A DNA stretch of 63,899 nt, the filler included, from Collodictyon triciliatum (lineage: Eukaryota), in the NCBI GenBank assembly GCA_043381765.1. It is 10 parts of 10 records of this genome, joined end to end, with 100 filler letters (N's around TTAATTAATTAA, not from the genome) between each part and the next. Parts side by side here need not be neighbours in the genome. Positions count along the whole stretch, not along the records: positions 13,221 to 19,731 come from JBHJMP010004412.1; positions 19,832 to 26,341 come from JBHJMP010004413.1; positions 26,442 to 32,949 come from JBHJMP010004414.1; 7 more parts are not named here. One strand, 5' to 3'. The notes beneath the pieces were generated by a model. The model was not told the origin of the DNA. It saw only the letters and a list, made by a program, of their open reading frames with translations, and did not search any database. This document shows, piece after piece, positions 14,354 to 28,594 of the stretch (positions are counted from its first letter, which is position 1; each line of letters opens with the position of its first letter). The position numbers were made by a program, and so were the translations under genes.

Positions 14354-17300
14354 CTATCGTTGCATGTATTCCATGATGCGATGCAGTCCATATAGCAACT
14401 CCACCTGCTTTCTGGCCTCCATCAGCAACAAATTGACATGGCATTTTTCTGAAGACGAGAAGTTGTATCCAAAGTTAGTCACATCGCTCAGGGCCACGCT
14501 CTCTGGAGAACAAACCACTTTCTTGATGTAGTTTTTAATCGACATATTCAAAAACTCGTTCACCTATAAACAAAAAAAGAGAAAAGGAAGGAATTCAGCG
14601 TGATGTGCGTGGAACTATAGCTTGGAACAAAGGCTTGGTGCTGGGTGTGGGATCTGATAAGTGGTGGGCCAAGCCCTACTCTGGTTCTTTTTTTCTTTTT
14701 TTTTTTTTTTTTTTTTNNNNNNNNNNNNNNNNNNNNNNNNNNNNNNNNNNNNNNNNNNNNNNNNNNNNNNNNNNNNNNNNNNNNNNNNNNNNNNNNNNNN
14801 NNNNNNNNNNNNNNNNNNNNNNNNNNNNNNNNNNNNNNNNNNNNNNNNNNNNNNNNNNNNNNNNNNNNNNNNNNNNNNNNNNNNNNNNNNNNNNNNNNNN
14901 NNNNNNNNNNNNNNNNNNNNNNNNNNNNNNNNNNNNNNNNNNNNNNNNNNNNNNNNNNNNNNNNNNNNNNNNNNNNNNNNNNNNNNNNNNNNNNNNNNNN
15001 NNNNNNNNNNNNNNNNNNNNNNNNNNNNNNNNNNNNNNNNNNNNNNNNNNNNNNNNNNNNNNNNNNNNNNNNNNNNNNNNNNNNNNNNNNNNNNNNNNNN
15101 NNNNNNNNNNNNNNNNNNNNNNNNNNNNGAGGTCATGCGGAATGTATAGCTAAACAAGTCATCCAGCGGCTCCCAAAAGGTGTTGAACTTTTGCATTAAT
15201 GCAATTCCGTGTTCACCCCATGAATAGTCTGTGATTCGGAAAACAGAGTATTCTTTGGACCGGACATCGAAGTCGTAATATCTATGGTAATATTTTATAT
15301 GGTTACTCATATCATTACGAATATGCAGGTTGCAAGTGTATTTATGGAAATATGATTGAGTTCACTCCAGGATTGTTAGAAAGTAAACAATTGACTCTTA
15401 TATTACGAGAGTGGAATATGATATGATATGATATGATATGATATGATATGATATGATATGATATGATATGATATGATATGATATGATATGATATGATATG
15501 ATATGATATGATATGGGGGTTTCAGGAAGGCGGTCTTGAAGGAAATAAAGTTAGTATGTAAACCTTGTTGGTAGTGCTTTCTTTGTGTAGCGAGTCATAT
15601 CCCCACGCAAAATTGCGCTTTCCTCAGGAGGAGGTGTTTCTGGGACCCAGCCTGGATTTTTGTCCAAGTGTAGATAAGAAAAAAAGTCAAAATAGAAACA
15701 AAAATTACTCTTCTATCCTGATTTATTTGGAAAAAAAGAATTATGGAGAATGTGAGACATGTTTTTATGATGATTTAAGAAACTGTTTGAATTGATGATG
15801 CCATACATTCGCTCTCCAAAGTTTCAAAAGCCTTTTCTCTTTCTTCCTCTGCATCTAATTCGTCCTCACGAGGAAGCTGTAATTTTTCGAGAAGGTCGCT
15901 CGTATTTTTTATGACGGCAGACATATCTAAGGTTCGACTGGTTAAAATTCTCATCCTGATGTTTTAGGATTTATAGTGCATATTGACAACATCAGACAGG
16001 CGATGTAGTTGTCAAATTTGCTTATAAAAACGAGAGAAAACATGAAGAAAGTAGAGATAGAAGCCAATAAAAAAAATTAAAGAGAAAAATCGAAAATGGA
16101 GAAAGCAGAGCACCTTTTTCTTCTGCAACATAGACTCGTCGATGTGAAATGACCTCTAAATCTGCTTCGGGAGTAATTCCAAGACCCCATATAAATCCTG
16201 CCAGTGAATGGAATATGCAAAGAATGATAATAGCATGAACCAGCTCAGGAATGGACCATGTATCTGCGCCTCTTGTTAAGGCCTATACAGTTCAGTATTG
16301 GTAAAAAAAATTAAAAAAATTAAAGAATCGACCAAAGATACTGCAAAACTGTCTTTGAAATAACATATTCATTGGACGAATCGGAGGATATTTACTGGCG
16401 AATTATTGTAGTCAGCATATTTCATATCATTCTAAAAACAATTATGTTTTGTTTGTTTGTTTGTTTGTTTGTTTGTTTGTTTGTTTGTTTGTTTGTTTGT
16501 TTGTTTGTTTGTTTGTTTGTTTGTTTGTTTGTTTGTTTGTTTGTTTGTTTGTTTGTTTGATTGTTTGTTTGTTTGTTTGTTTGTTTGTTTTCTTTTTTCA
16601 GGAGGAAAGGGGTAATTGAATTGAAGCCTCATTCACTTCGATATGCTCGTTGCTCAGAGTCCACGGTTGGTGTGCAAGAATAGCATTGAGCTCCACCAAC
16701 GCTGCAAGTTTCTTTGGTCCAAAATCAACCCCCTTCAGCCATGCCGGGTCGCCCCCAGCTAAGAGGTAGCGCTCTTCCTGGAGATACACCAGATACTGGC
16801 AGTTGTGTTGACTGGCCGCCTGCTCGTTATGAAAATTTTCGCAGCGGTGAACAAGAGAAAATAAACATGTTTTTCCAATACCAGTAAATAAACTCTCGCA
16901 GTATAGAATTACTATCTAGACATCAATATTGATGAGGGTATTGCAAACTCACTAGGATGGATATGTAATATCGCCACGGTATGGGGAGGGAGCCTAAAGC
17001 CATCGCAATTTATATTCAATTATACATCTACTCTGTTTGCAAGAAATGAGGCATAAAAGAGGGATACAATAACAATATGGATGAGTTCATCGGCAAGTGA
17101 ACAGTACGGCAATATGTAAGAAGATAAATCGAACCCTCTCCATCGAGAACTTCTCTATTCAAATCAAGAAATCTCCTTAGATACTCTGGGTGGAATCCAA
17201 GTACTCTTTCAAAATGGGTCAGTCTCCCCGAATCAAGATATGAATTGACGAACAGAGTCCTGACTTGCTCGTTATCGGGTGTGGGGCCCGGAATCTCTGC

Positions 17301-18359
17301 AGCGGGAATAAACAGGGAGGTGACTGGAGACGGTTGTGAGCGGCGAACGCCAGGAAGTATCTAGGAGTGGGAGATACATAGGGAAAAAAAATATTATATG
17401 AGCATGTCCTTCAACAAAGATTGGGGTGTGATGATTTCGGAGAATTATTGCTGCTTTTTGATAAATATTCAGGCGAAGTTATCCGCGTAGCAGAATATCA
17501 ACTGCTTTAATATAATAAACTCGTGTTTATTATTCATTTACTTGATTTGAACGAATGAGAAGATTGAAACCTGATCGATTGAGAGCAGAAAATCGCCCAA
17601 TCCTTCACGGACATCAGGATAAGGGCAATCAGAGCAAAGACGGACCACAGAATCCAGCAACGAACGAATGAGTTTCTAGGGTGCGCCAAGTTCCAATCAG
17701 ATGATTTGTTCTTTATCTTCTTTGTCGCATGATATTATGTACATGGAGCATATTGGCGGTGTGTCATAAGAACTCTCATACCTGTGACTCTTCATTCTTT
17801 CCCATCGCAGATGCCTTTAATTTCGATATGATGCCCTGTAAAGCAGCCTTCCTCTCCTCTTCATCTTCGGTTCGAATCTCTGCAAAGAAGTTTGAGCTGA
17901 AAATCGGGTTCTCGTAAGAATAGTAAAGCCCTTCCTCGTCTATCATTTGGATGGATAAAATGCAATGAGTGCAACCATTTGTTATTCCGTTCGTAACAAT
18001 TGGCTGCCTAAGGGAAACAACTTAAATGGAAAGCCATAGCGTATGCAATTACAAATATTAAAAAAAAAAGAAAAAACATGGAGAACCATGCAAATTATTC
18101 GGTATGCGTCTGATTTATCAAAGAAAGAAATAAATAAAACCACTGAGAATTAAGATTGCAAGCAAGTAATAATAGAATGATTGGGCAGAGAGGAAGGAAG
18201 AAATAAGGAGACAAAAACAAGAGGGAATACAAATGAAAGCATACGAGCTATTTCCTCTTCATAGGGAGCAGGGCCCGCTCGTCCGCGTGAATCTGAGTGT
18301 TGCATCCATGTCGGGGACGAAGACAGCTCGAAGTGGTATGAGTTGTCGTCGTAGGACAT
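14354..18359 (-). CDS. SESN: Sestrin (PA26 family), multi-exon, spans an internal N gap
   Basis: Exons VLGFHPEYL, GSLPIPWRYYI, AASQHNCQYLV, GGDPAWLKG, NAILAHQPW, WSIPELVHAIIILCIFHSLAGF, DYSWGEHG and SEKCHVNLLLMEARKQVELLYGL; start codon uncertain. Confidence 0.9.
15416..15515. repeat. (ATATG)n intronic microsatellite
   Basis: Direct reading. Confidence 0.95.
16446..16590. repeat. (GTTT)n intronic microsatellite
   Basis: Direct reading. Confidence 0.95.
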
Positions 18360-19534
18360 TCCTCCCTGCGACAGAAGGTCGGATAAGTGCCGATTGGTAA
18401 CAGCGAGAGAAAAGATACGAAAAGATACGGATATATCTGAAGAGAAATGAAAAGAAACCATATGGAAAGCGAAGAAAAGCAATTAAATGGAATGGAATCG
18501 AACGGAATTAAAAATGCAATAGAATGATCGACAAGATATTCTGGACAAAGCCAGAGGAGGTGAGTTCTTCACAGAACGATCGTTTCTATCAAAGAATAGA
18601 GTGAATGCACTCATGAAAGAATGACGGTTATGTGTCGCATGAGAGTGAGTTTGTGAACCAACTACGAGCCGATTTCTTTGTGTGGTCACGGCCCTCAGAA
18701 AGAGGCGGAAATACAAGAGAAACGGGAGCAAACGCTGCCACAATGATGAGTTCGCTCAGGGTTTCTTTCAACTCTGAACGAGGACGCTGAAAAGAACTCG
18801 ACTCTGAATAAAGGAAATCAACGGCAAACTCTGATGATTCGGAGGGCTGAGGGTAAGGAATCAGAAAAGAAAGGGAAAGAAACGGCTGGACGTATGACAA
18901 ACGACATATCACAGCAAAACACTGGCATGGGTGCTTGAGCAGGGCAGTCTGCTTTGTGTTTCGATACTTTCAAGAAACTCGCGTGTTATAATAATGAAAA
19001 TAAAATACACCCATATGATTCTTATCCTTTTTGACTCGAACCTGCCGTGGAACTTTCTTTCTGTTGCGCCACGCCACTATCGACACAGACTTCACGCCTC
19101 CCACCACAGAAGCCAAATTCACAAACAAATCAAGCACAAAGGCCGAAGAAGTCCATGAAAGTGGAATGCTGATCAGGAAAAATGGTGACGAGATGGGGTG
19201 ACAATTCAAGGAAAACATACACATCTGTTTTTTAATTTTGGAAAATATAATATATATGCTAAATTAATATTGATAAATTAAAAATTTACTTGATTGGAAT
19301 CAATTTATGCTGATTAATAGTAATATGTATATAAATAGAAATATTACAAAACTGCCTCTCTTGAATTAGGCCTGCATGTGGGAAATTCTAATTTCCGGGA
19401 TATCGGCGGTTCAGGCTTGATCTAAAATGGATAATTTCTTTGAATATTAGTGTATTCGAGTCAGCCAGCATCTTCTCTCCAACCATGATCAAGGCACAGA
19501 TCCACGACGCTCAATCAAGTGACGCATCAGCTAA

Positions 19535-19731
19535 AAAACAGAAAACAGAAAACAGAAAACAGAAAACAGAAAACAGAAAACAAAAAACAGAAAACAAAAA
19601 ACAGAAAACAGAAAACAAAAAACAAAAAACAGAAAACAAAAAACAGAAAACAAAAAAACAAAAAACAGAAAACAAAAAACAGAAAACAAAAAACAGAAAA
19701 CAAAAAACAGAAAACAAAAAACAGAAAACAA
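19535..19731. repeat. (AAAACAR)n heptamer repeat at contig end
   Basis: Direct reading. Confidence 0.95.
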
Positions 19732-20037
19732 NNNNNNNNNNNNNNNNNNNNNNNNNNNNNNNNNNNNNNNNNNNNTTAATTAATTAANNNNNNNNNNNNN
19801 NNNNNNNNNNNNNNNNNNNNNNNNNNNNNNNCCCCCCCCCCCCCCCCCCTCAAAAAAAAATAAACCCTTGTACTATTTAGGGTGAAGTAGTATTGAAAAC
19901 GAATCATTATTTTTTTATTTTGAATTTATTAATATTCTATTATATGATATTTCTGGAGTTTGCACTGACTTAGTTTCACTATTAAGCATGGATAAATAGT
20001 CTGATCATATAAAATTTCATTAATATTATAACTGAAG

Positions 20038-21951
20038 TCTCCGATGGGAATATCTCCTGTCCAAACAGATCCACTTCTTCAAGAGATTGGTGGTCTTTCA
20101 TCAAGGTTTTAGGTTATCATATGATTGGTCTTAGCATCTGCATCCGCATTGTTGTTTTGATGACTGACGAGAAAATTTGGAAAATAAAAAGTATTATGTC
20201 CATCGACCTGAAATACTATGACGGGGTTCGGATTTCCGTGATTGGATGTATGAATGGATATACTCAAATCACCTATCATGATAAAGAAGGTTTTTTTGGG
20301 TCAAATTTAGTGAAATGTGTCAGATATACGATATAATATAAATGAGATTTACATCTCTTAAAGAAAAGTTAAACAAAAATATTACATAGGGGATTTACAT
20401 CGATTTTCAATCTATTTGGATGGACCTATATCGGGTTTGAATACATCATAAAACTTCATTATCGTGAATATATGATCCTGCTTTTTTTAAAATTAAAAAT
20501 TCGAGTATTGCTACATGCACGAAGTCATAGTTATGATGTAAAAAATGAGAAAAGTATGAATAATTTTGAAAGATATTACAATGAGGGACTAAACTTCTTT
20601 GTTGAAGGTGTGCGTCTTTTTACTGAAAATAACGATAAAAAACTGGAGTGTATTGAATCCATCATGGCTACAGAAGTTTCGAAAAGCATCTTTGATATCA
20701 TACATGAGCTTTCACCTGGTAATTGCAACTGTGACTTAGCTGTTTTTTATTATTATTATTTTTAAAAAAAAAAACATTAAAATACTGAAATTCCATTCAG
20801 ATATTAATGTGATTCCTTTATCACGTCTCTGAGAATGTGCAAATGAATACTAACCAACGACGCCTCAGAAAAATACAGAAATCTTCATATTCGTGAAAGT
20901 TCGAAAGTGAATCTTGTTGTTGCAGGTGCCTCTGGATTCGCGATTGTATATAGGTACTAAGTAGAAAAGAAAACGACAATAAAATTGGAAATCATTTGGC
21001 AGAAACCGTGTGATAAACAAGATTTTTTTCAAAACTGCTTACTTAGGGATGTATTGTCAGAAGGATTTAACTGCCCCATGCTTTTGCCACAGTCTGACAT
21101 GTTTGATTGTGTGACATTCGCAGATCCAGTAGATGTTAATTGTGATGGGTCATTCGAAATCATAAGTAGAGTTTGGTTTTACATATGCACTTAAAGCTGT
21201 TTTAGTTTTACTGATATATTTGGTATTAAAATGACGTTTTTGTAACACCAAATGAAAAATGTATCTGAAGTCGGTACTTTCGCTCGCCAGCTTCATGTAT
21301 ACAAAAAGAGGATTCAAGACGGTTTTTTTTTTTTACAATTGTAATAGACATTAGCCCTTTTTGTCTCAAGAATATTTTCTCTCATGAAAAGCATTTTATT
21401 GATTTGTATTATTTAATTCATGAAGGTGAAGTCGTATATGAACTTGACTCCAAAATTCCAATGCCAGATGCACCTTTGTGCTGTGGATGGATTGATTGTA
21501 TGACTGATAATCACCGCTTTTATCTTCTAAATCATTTGTAGATCATTAAAGAAAAAAGAAGCTTTTACAACAGCCAATCTTACCTTCATTTTGTTTTCTT
21601 TTCTTATTTTGAATTTTAAATTTTTTTAAGGAAATTTTTATCAATTAACTCCCTCTTACTTTTTTTCATCATGAATAAAAAGTGACGGGTGATGGAATTA
21701 AAGAGTTGGTTGTATCAGGAATCTACGGGATATCCATTTATCAGGTAATATTTGCTTCAACCCCATACAGAAATAAACCAAATAAAAAATTTATTGGAAA
21801 CAATATCCGCTTAAAAGATGGAATAAAGAGAAAAGTGAAACATTTTAACAAAATCATATTGCGTCATACTCATCAGACTGACCACGAAGCGGCCGCAGAG
21901 AGACTGAGAATGATTATTGATGCTATTGAGCTGAACGGCAGCACGGACTGA
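20038..21951 (+). CDS. KPTN: Kaptin (KICSTOR subunit), multi-exon, 5' partial
   Basis: Exons RISVIGCMNGY, FSIYLDGPISGL, LPQSDMFDCVTFADPVDVNCDGSFEII, VGTFARQLHVYK and VTGDGIKELVV match the order of kaptin C-terminal motifs. Confidence 0.78.
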
Positions 21952-22636
21952 GACCAAACCATAAATTCCTTGCGTGATAATGTGTGTGAAGGATTGTGCG
22001 ACCAGTGACCAGTGGCAGCTTTATGAAAAATACACTCTTACATTCGGCCATTTGTAGTCATCGGCTTTAGCTGTCTTCCATCACAGTACGCAGAAAAAAC
22101 AAAACAAAAAAAATCATACATTTTTGATGGCACTAAGATTTGTAAACATTGGTAAAGCGCATCTAGCTGTTTGTTTTAGATATCAATTTCGGCATTTTAT
22201 GGATACTATGTGCATCATCATTCTTTTTAAAAAAAAAAAAGAAAAAGAATATATAAATATCAGGGGTCGGTTAAAGCTTTTTGTACATTTATGTACGTAT
22301 CTATTTCTCAGCCGCCGTCACTGTGAGCATGTATGAATTCTTGGAAGGTGGTTTTGCGTTTGTTTTTATTCTCCTAGACAAGTCTCAGCCGAATCCGCGG
22401 CTCATCAGGCACAGTTGGTTTTTTCTTCTCTTAAAGGTTCCGCTTGCGGGACTGAGTGACGGCCCAATCGTGTGCCTTATAGATTGCGTTATTCCATTCC
22501 TTGACCAGGTAGTCTCGCAGGGCCGCTGAGTAATTTGTATCCTTCTGCTGTATATACAAGGGGAGCCATGGGGGAACAGTGTGATCAGAACCCAACTTCT
22601 GGCTTGGCTATATATGAAGCGCACACAACAAACTTG

Positions 22637-22735
22637 AAAGGAAAGAAAAGGAAAGGAAAGGAAAGGAAAGGAAAGGAAAGGAAAGGAAAGGAAAGGAAAG
22701 GAAAGGAAAGGAAAGGAAAGGAAAGGAAAGGAAGA
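22637..22735. repeat. (GAAAG)n microsatellite
   Basis: Direct reading. Confidence 0.9.
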
Positions 22736-23630
22736 AAAAAGCAGCTTACGGTCACAATCTCGTGTTTTTCCTTGGGGATTTGACGACTGATTTCTTTGGC
22801 CTCAGCATAGGTGTTTACCCATACTGCAAATAATTGGTGAGTTGAGGAGGTACTTATCAAGATCTGAGTTTGGGTTTTTTTNNNNNNNNNNNNNNNNNNN
22901 NNNNNNNNNNNNNNNNNNNNNNNNNNNNNNNNNNNNNNNNNNNNNNNNNNNNNNNNNNNNNNNNNNNNNNNNNNNNNNNNNNNNNNNNNNNNNNNNNNNN
23001 NNNNNNNNNNNNNNNNNNNNNNNNNNNNNNNNNNNNNNNNNNNNNNNNNNNNNNNNNNNNNNNNNNNNNNNNNNNNNNNNNNNNNNNNNNNNNNNNNNNN
23101 NNNNNNNNNNNNNNNNNNNNNNNNNNNNNNNNNNNNNNNNNNNNNNNNNNNNNNNNNNNNNNNNNNNNNNNNNNNNNNNNNNNNNNNNNNNNNNNNNNNN
23201 NNNNNNNNNNNNNNNNNNNNNNNNNNNNNNNNNNNNNNNNNNNNNNNNNNNNNNNNNNNNNNNNNNNNNNNNNNNNNNNNNNNNNNNNNNNNNNNNNNNN
23301 NNNNNNNNNNNNNNNNNNNNNNNNNNNNNNNNNNNNNNNNNNNNNNNNNNNNNNNNNNNNNNNNNNNNNNNNNNNNNNNNNNNNNNNATGCTCGAAAAGA
23401 GACCGTGGGAGAGGAAGTTTTTTCTTTGGCTGAGCGCCGCAGAACACATCAACGACGATGCGCTCGGGTGGCAGAGTAAGTGAAGGGACGAAATATGAGT
23501 ATGGTGATTGAAGAAAGCCACCATGTCAATGATGAGAAGAGAGGAATTCTTGGGGATGTAATGTGGGATGTAGAAAGTGGGTATGGCAGACCATGCAGAC
23601 ATAAGTTCCTCCTAAGCACGCTGCTTCTGC

Positions 23631-25232
23631 TTACAACTTCGAGGACTTTGCGTAGCTAGAGGTGAACTGAGCTTCTGTGACGCCGTGGGACATGGCCATC
23701 GTGGAGGAAGTTCCGCCAGTAATTACAGAGATGGCAGCATCAACAACCTCAGCACCCGACCACTTCTGATGAGTCAGGGTCTCTACGCCGTGCTTGCGCT
23801 CCATGCGCTGAATGCGCTCGACATACGCCAGCATCTTGCGGTCAGCGTAGTCCTTTGCGAAAGTGTCGATGACCAAGGCATCTGCGTGGAACCCGGCCAG
23901 GGTGATGAACTGCCAAACGTAACCCAACTTGGCCAGCTCGTCAATGAAGGCGGCAATCTGGGCATCGTTCATGCCAGCCGCGTCCCAGTTGAACGAGGGG
24001 GAGAGATTGTAGGCGAGCATCTTGTTGGGGTAGGCCAAGTGCACAGCATGGGCAAACTCGACAGCCTCTGACAGGTCAGGGTGCTTGGTCTCCATCCAGA
24101 TGAGGTCGCAGTACGGAGCAAAAGCGATGGCGCGTGCAATGCCCATGGGGATTCCACCCTGGCACTTGTAGTAACCTTCGCGTGCGCGGGCTTTCTCGGG
24201 GCACCAGTAAAAGTCTGTGACTCCAAGCTCGGCAGCAAGGGCGCGACCTTTGGCGTGGCTGAGCAAGCGGGCCTCACGAATCCATCTCTCGACAGCCATG
24301 GCATTCCCGGCGGAGCGCAGGTAGTTAAGCACAGCCTCGTAGTAGGTGACGAGATTCGCCTGCTTCTCCCACTCGACTGCGCGCTCCCCTCCGCCGTACT
24401 GCTCCACATACTCCGGGTAAGACGGCAGGGCGCGGTTTGTGGTTCCGAGAATGAACGGCTGGTCGCGCTCGTCTATGTTGTTGTCCAGCAGCGTTGCGGC
24501 CTCGGCGTCTGTGCGGGCCACAATCAGGGTTTCTGTGCCGAGGATGTCGCACTGCAGGCGGGATGCAACGAGGCGGTCGATGTGCTCCTGCGTGGACACA
24601 AGCACTTTGCCTCCGAGATGCCCGCATTTCTTCGTGCCGGGCTTCTGGTCCTCAAAGTGGATTCCGGCCGCCCCGGCCTCCACAAAGAGCTTGGTCAGCT
24701 TCATCACAGCCGTCAGCCCGCCGTGGCCCGTGTCGGCATCCGCGATGATGGGGCGCAGAAAGTCGACCGGTGCAGTTCGTGCACGCTGCTCTGCGCTCAT
24801 TCTGCGGCGGGCTTCGCGCTGCTTGCGGTCGTGGAACAGCTGCGCTTTGAAGAGCTGGTCCACTTTGTTGGGGACTGTGTCGTATGGGTAGTCTGCAAGG
24901 TCTGGTCCAGGCTCGTTGGATGTGGACGCGGTGCTGCTGGATTGCCAGCCCGACACGTAGACGCTGCTCAGGTACTTGGCCATCTGCGCAACCTGCACTG
25001 GGTCCAGGCACCCGAATGTGTGTGAGCACTTCTTCTCGCCATACAGCTTCTTGAGCAAAGAATACAGCTTCTTGGAAAGCTGGTCTCCGGCATATGGCGT
25101 GATGAGGCTCGGGCGCAGCGAGGCTACTTGGGCTGCTGTGTAAGGGCGCTGGATTCCCTCGAAGCGTGCGGTCTTGAACCAGGCTTCCAGGGCGCTGACT
25201 TCCTGCTCGAATTGCTGGTCTTCTGTGGACAT
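23631..25232 (-). CDS. ICL1: Isocitrate lyase, long eukaryotic type, peroxisomal (PTS1 -SKL), intronless
   Basis: 533-aa ORF with [19 protein letters not shown] active-site motif, [18 protein letters not shown] and C-terminal SKL. Confidence 0.97.
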   Translation of the reverse strand: MSTEDQQFEQEVSALEAWFKTARFEGIQRPYTAAQVASLRPSLITPYAGDQLSKKLYSLLKKLYGEKKCSHTFGCLDPVQVAQMAKYLSSVYVSGWQSSSTASTSNEPGPDLADYPYDTVPNKVDQLFKAQLFHDRKQREARRRMSAEQRARTAPVDFLRPIIADADTGHGGLTAVMKLTKLFVEAGAAGIHFEDQKPGTKKCGHLGGKVLVSTQEHIDRLVASRLQCDILGTETLIVARTDAEAATLLDNNIDERDQPFILGTTNRALPSYPEYVEQYGGGERAVEWEKQANLVTYYEAVLNYLRSAGNAMAVERWIREARLLSHAKGRALAAELGVTDFYWCPEKARAREGYYKCQGGIPMGIARAIAFAPYCDLIWMETKHPDLSEAVEFAHAVHLAYPNKMLAYNLSPSFNWDAAGMNDAQIAAFIDELAKLGYVWQFITLAGFHADALVIDTFAKDYADRKMLAYVERIQRMERKHGVETLTHQKWSGAEVVDAAISVITGGTSSTMAMSHGVTEAQFTSSYAKSSKL

Positions 25233-25990
25233 GGCTTGTGGCTGGGGGTTTCTTTTCTTCTTGCTTGCTTGGGGCTCTTGTGAGAGTGGAGAAGTTCTTG
25301 ACGCTGTAATGGTTGGTTTGTAATAGTTATGATTTGGGATAGGGAAGAAAGGATTTTAAAACGTTGATGAAACGATTGAGGCAGCACTGGGTAGGGCCTG
25401 TTGACCAGAGCGTTTCTGCCCATCGTTTTTTTATACCGCTTGCTTGGCTTTGGGTGCGACGTGATTCTGACGCGGTTCGTCATCGCATTGGCATCATTGC
25501 ATTACGCTTGGTGACTCGCACACGAAACGACGTCATGGAAGTCGCAACAGAATTATGCACGGTGATGTCACAGACTACGTCACAACCCCAATGCGTCCGT
25601 ACCGTTGCGTAGGCCAATCAACCTATAAACCACAGCCAGATGCGTTGCCATCAAATTTACATTTAGGAATATGTCTATAAATACACAGAGATTATTGTGT
25701 ACATAATGCTATTATAAAAGGTGTTATTCATGACAATATAATTATATGTATATTTTCCATAATTGTATGTATGATATATGGCATGAGAGCGCGTTTTCTA
25801 TTCGGTTGCCTTACAAGCTCGCAGCAAACACATCCACAAAAACCACGCGGTGACAAAGACCATCGAGCTATTGCAAGCAGCAGTACATATGCGTATATAC
25901 ACGCGAGACAACTATATGAAGCCAGTCATGGATCTATTCACGCCTTTCAACGCTTCATTCTCCTCTCTTGCAAATGCGCAGCCGGGCATC

Positions 25991-26320
25991 ATGAGAATCA
26001 GCGCAGACTTTCTGCTTTCCCCGCAGCGACCCGGCTGTCCTTTGCGCTTCGGAGGCCACAGTCCCGGCCCATACGATCCGCTTTCCCGTGACTCAGCGCC
26101 AAAGTCGCACGGCGGGGTTTTCCTGCTTATGTTTCCAATTCTGATGGTCTTTGGTCTCGGTTACTACACTGCACAATACGTCGCCCTGCTGCCATGGCTG
26201 AGTCTTTCCACAACAACCGGTCTGGCCCATTCCGTCCTGTTTCATATCTGGGTTCTTTCTGCCCTTGGATACTTCTTTGCTGCTTCAAATGCCCATCCTG
26301 GATTCGTGCCACAGAGCTAT
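25991..26320 (+). CDS. DHHC palmitoyltransferase N-terminal exon (3' truncated)
   Basis: Two TM helices followed by HPGFVP (DPG motif variant), then a GT donor at 26321; the DHHC motif itself is not in the contig. Confidence 0.6.
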
Positions 26321-26447
26321 GTTTGTGTTCATCGATTTGCANNNNNNNNNNNNNNNNNNNNNNNNNNNNNNNNNNNNNNNNNNNNTTAATTAATTAANNN
26401 NNNNNNNNNNNNNNNNNNNNNNNNNNNNNNNNNNNNNNNNNAAAAGG

Positions 26448-26524
<77 letters not shown>

Positions 26525-26542
26525 CAGAAAGGTTGACGGATA

Positions 26543-28499
26543 ATGGACACCGAGCCGAATACTGCACCTTTTGCAAACAAAGGCCATGCGTTTTTCAGCG
26601 AGGAGACCAGAGGTGCCTCTAGGGAGCGAGCAGGAAAGCATTTGAGCGAAGGAAAGCGTGTTTCTGTAAAGAGCGGTGCAGACAGCGCAAAGAGTGGACT
26701 ATCCGAACGGAGACACGACTCTGAGGCACTGCTACGTCTTCGTCGCGAAAAGCTGCTCTCATCAAAGAGACCGAGAGGAGGGGAGCCCACTGGTCAGTAG
26801 AAACTAGTCTGCTTATTCTAACGGATAAACATCTAATATCAGCTTTTTTCTATGTTTTCTTTTTCTCTTTTCATTTTCCCTTTTTTATTTCCCTATTTTC
26901 GGTTTTTTTTCTATTTTCCTCTCTCTCTTTTTCTTTTTGTTATGGAACAGGAATTCTATACCAATGCTTGCCATCACTTATGCCAAAAATAATTTATTTG
27001 CTCCGTGAGGCCACTCTTTTTCATTTCTTTTTTTTTTTCAAGAAACTGTTTCACTCTAACGTCATGTGAAAATACACGCTAATCATATTATACCCGCTAT
27101 GTCATACATCTCATGATAACACGCAGTTTCCCCTCACGCGATATTAGACCATGCTATCTTACCTGTATACCTGTTGATGAATTGCTATGATATGGTATCA
27201 TGTTTTTTTATATGTAGCGAATGGCTGTCTCTGGTCTGAACAAACTGTCATCTCTTATGTGGAACAGCTTCGGGTGGGTATTAATAATAATAATAATAAT
27301 AATCATAATAATAATAATAATAATAATAATAATAGTAATAAAAAAAAGAATCTATTTTTGTATTGGACTGCACGGTGGCATGGATCCATCGCATCTCCGA
27401 GAATCCTCATTCTTGAAAAAAGAAATCGTCTGTAGTTCAGGGTAGTTCGATTAAAATGCTTCCAAAATTAATAACAGAAATCACAAGATCTCATCAGTCT
27501 TGCAACTGCAATTATATCCCTCAGACGTGTGATGTGTTGCGAAAATCCTCCTATCCAGTTGATTCTAGATCTAGGAGCGTTAGATGTCTTTATGGTAAAC
27601 TTATTGCACCATGTGAAGAAAAAAAATCGGTATTATTATGTTTACTCTTGGGTTGAGTTTTCATATCTTTAAATAAACGTTCTTCCCTTCTCTTAATTTT
27701 TTTTGGCATGTTAGACAATATTATCTGATATGAAGCTCGCAGATGTTCATCACGAAATTATCTGGTGCATAACGAGTACTATCTCCTTTTGTTAGAAGTG
27801 TCAAGAAATATCATACGATTTGTTCATTTCAAATAATCCATAAAAAAAAAATAATGCATGCCGTAATTTACTTGAGGCATAGAATATAGAATACTCACTT
27901 CCATTTCCCTAGATATTGCTGCTGGGAACCCTGAACAAACAAAGCGCTCATTAGTTGCTGCACCGTATATGATTATGCTCTTGGGTTCTACATCTGTGGT
28001 CTCAATATTATTTATTAGTATTGTGTTATCCATATGTTAGCGCGACTTCAATCTGCAATAGCTACCTGACAATTACATTCATTCAACCAAGGCCGATCAC
28101 CCTCCTTTGTCATTATTATATACTTCAAACAGATTACTATACAGCATGCTGCGTGGGCTCTGGGCAATATGGCCGCCGATTCCATTGAAAATAGGGAATA
28201 CCTCATGTCCCATGGCATAGCAGTCCCCATAACAAAGCTTCTAACCATAAATGTGCAGTTATTCCGTTAATGCTATAAATAATTTCCGATATGGATACAT
28301 TATAGAATTGTATTATATTGATTACGAATAGACAATATCTTTCGCAATCATATATTAGGAGCCTGCATCACAACAAAACGCAGCATTTGCTATCAGCAAC
28401 CTTGCTAGAGGTCAGAACCGATTGATTCACCAGTTCATTCAAGCTGGGATTGGACAGGCCATCGCTGTTGCCTTGTGTTCAGAGGTAGTGAAGCCTTAT

Positions 28500-28594
<95 letters not shown>

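Noticed and set aside
14605-23602. Long ORFs containing X runs or low-complexity peptides (FVCL, KQKTEN and similar; also poly-I/N/L at ~42800-43200)
   Set aside because: Artefacts of N gaps and microsatellites
24081-25025. 314-aa antisense ORF and other ORFs overlapping isocitrate lyase
   Set aside because: Shadow ORFs produced by GC-rich codon usage; no recognisable motifs
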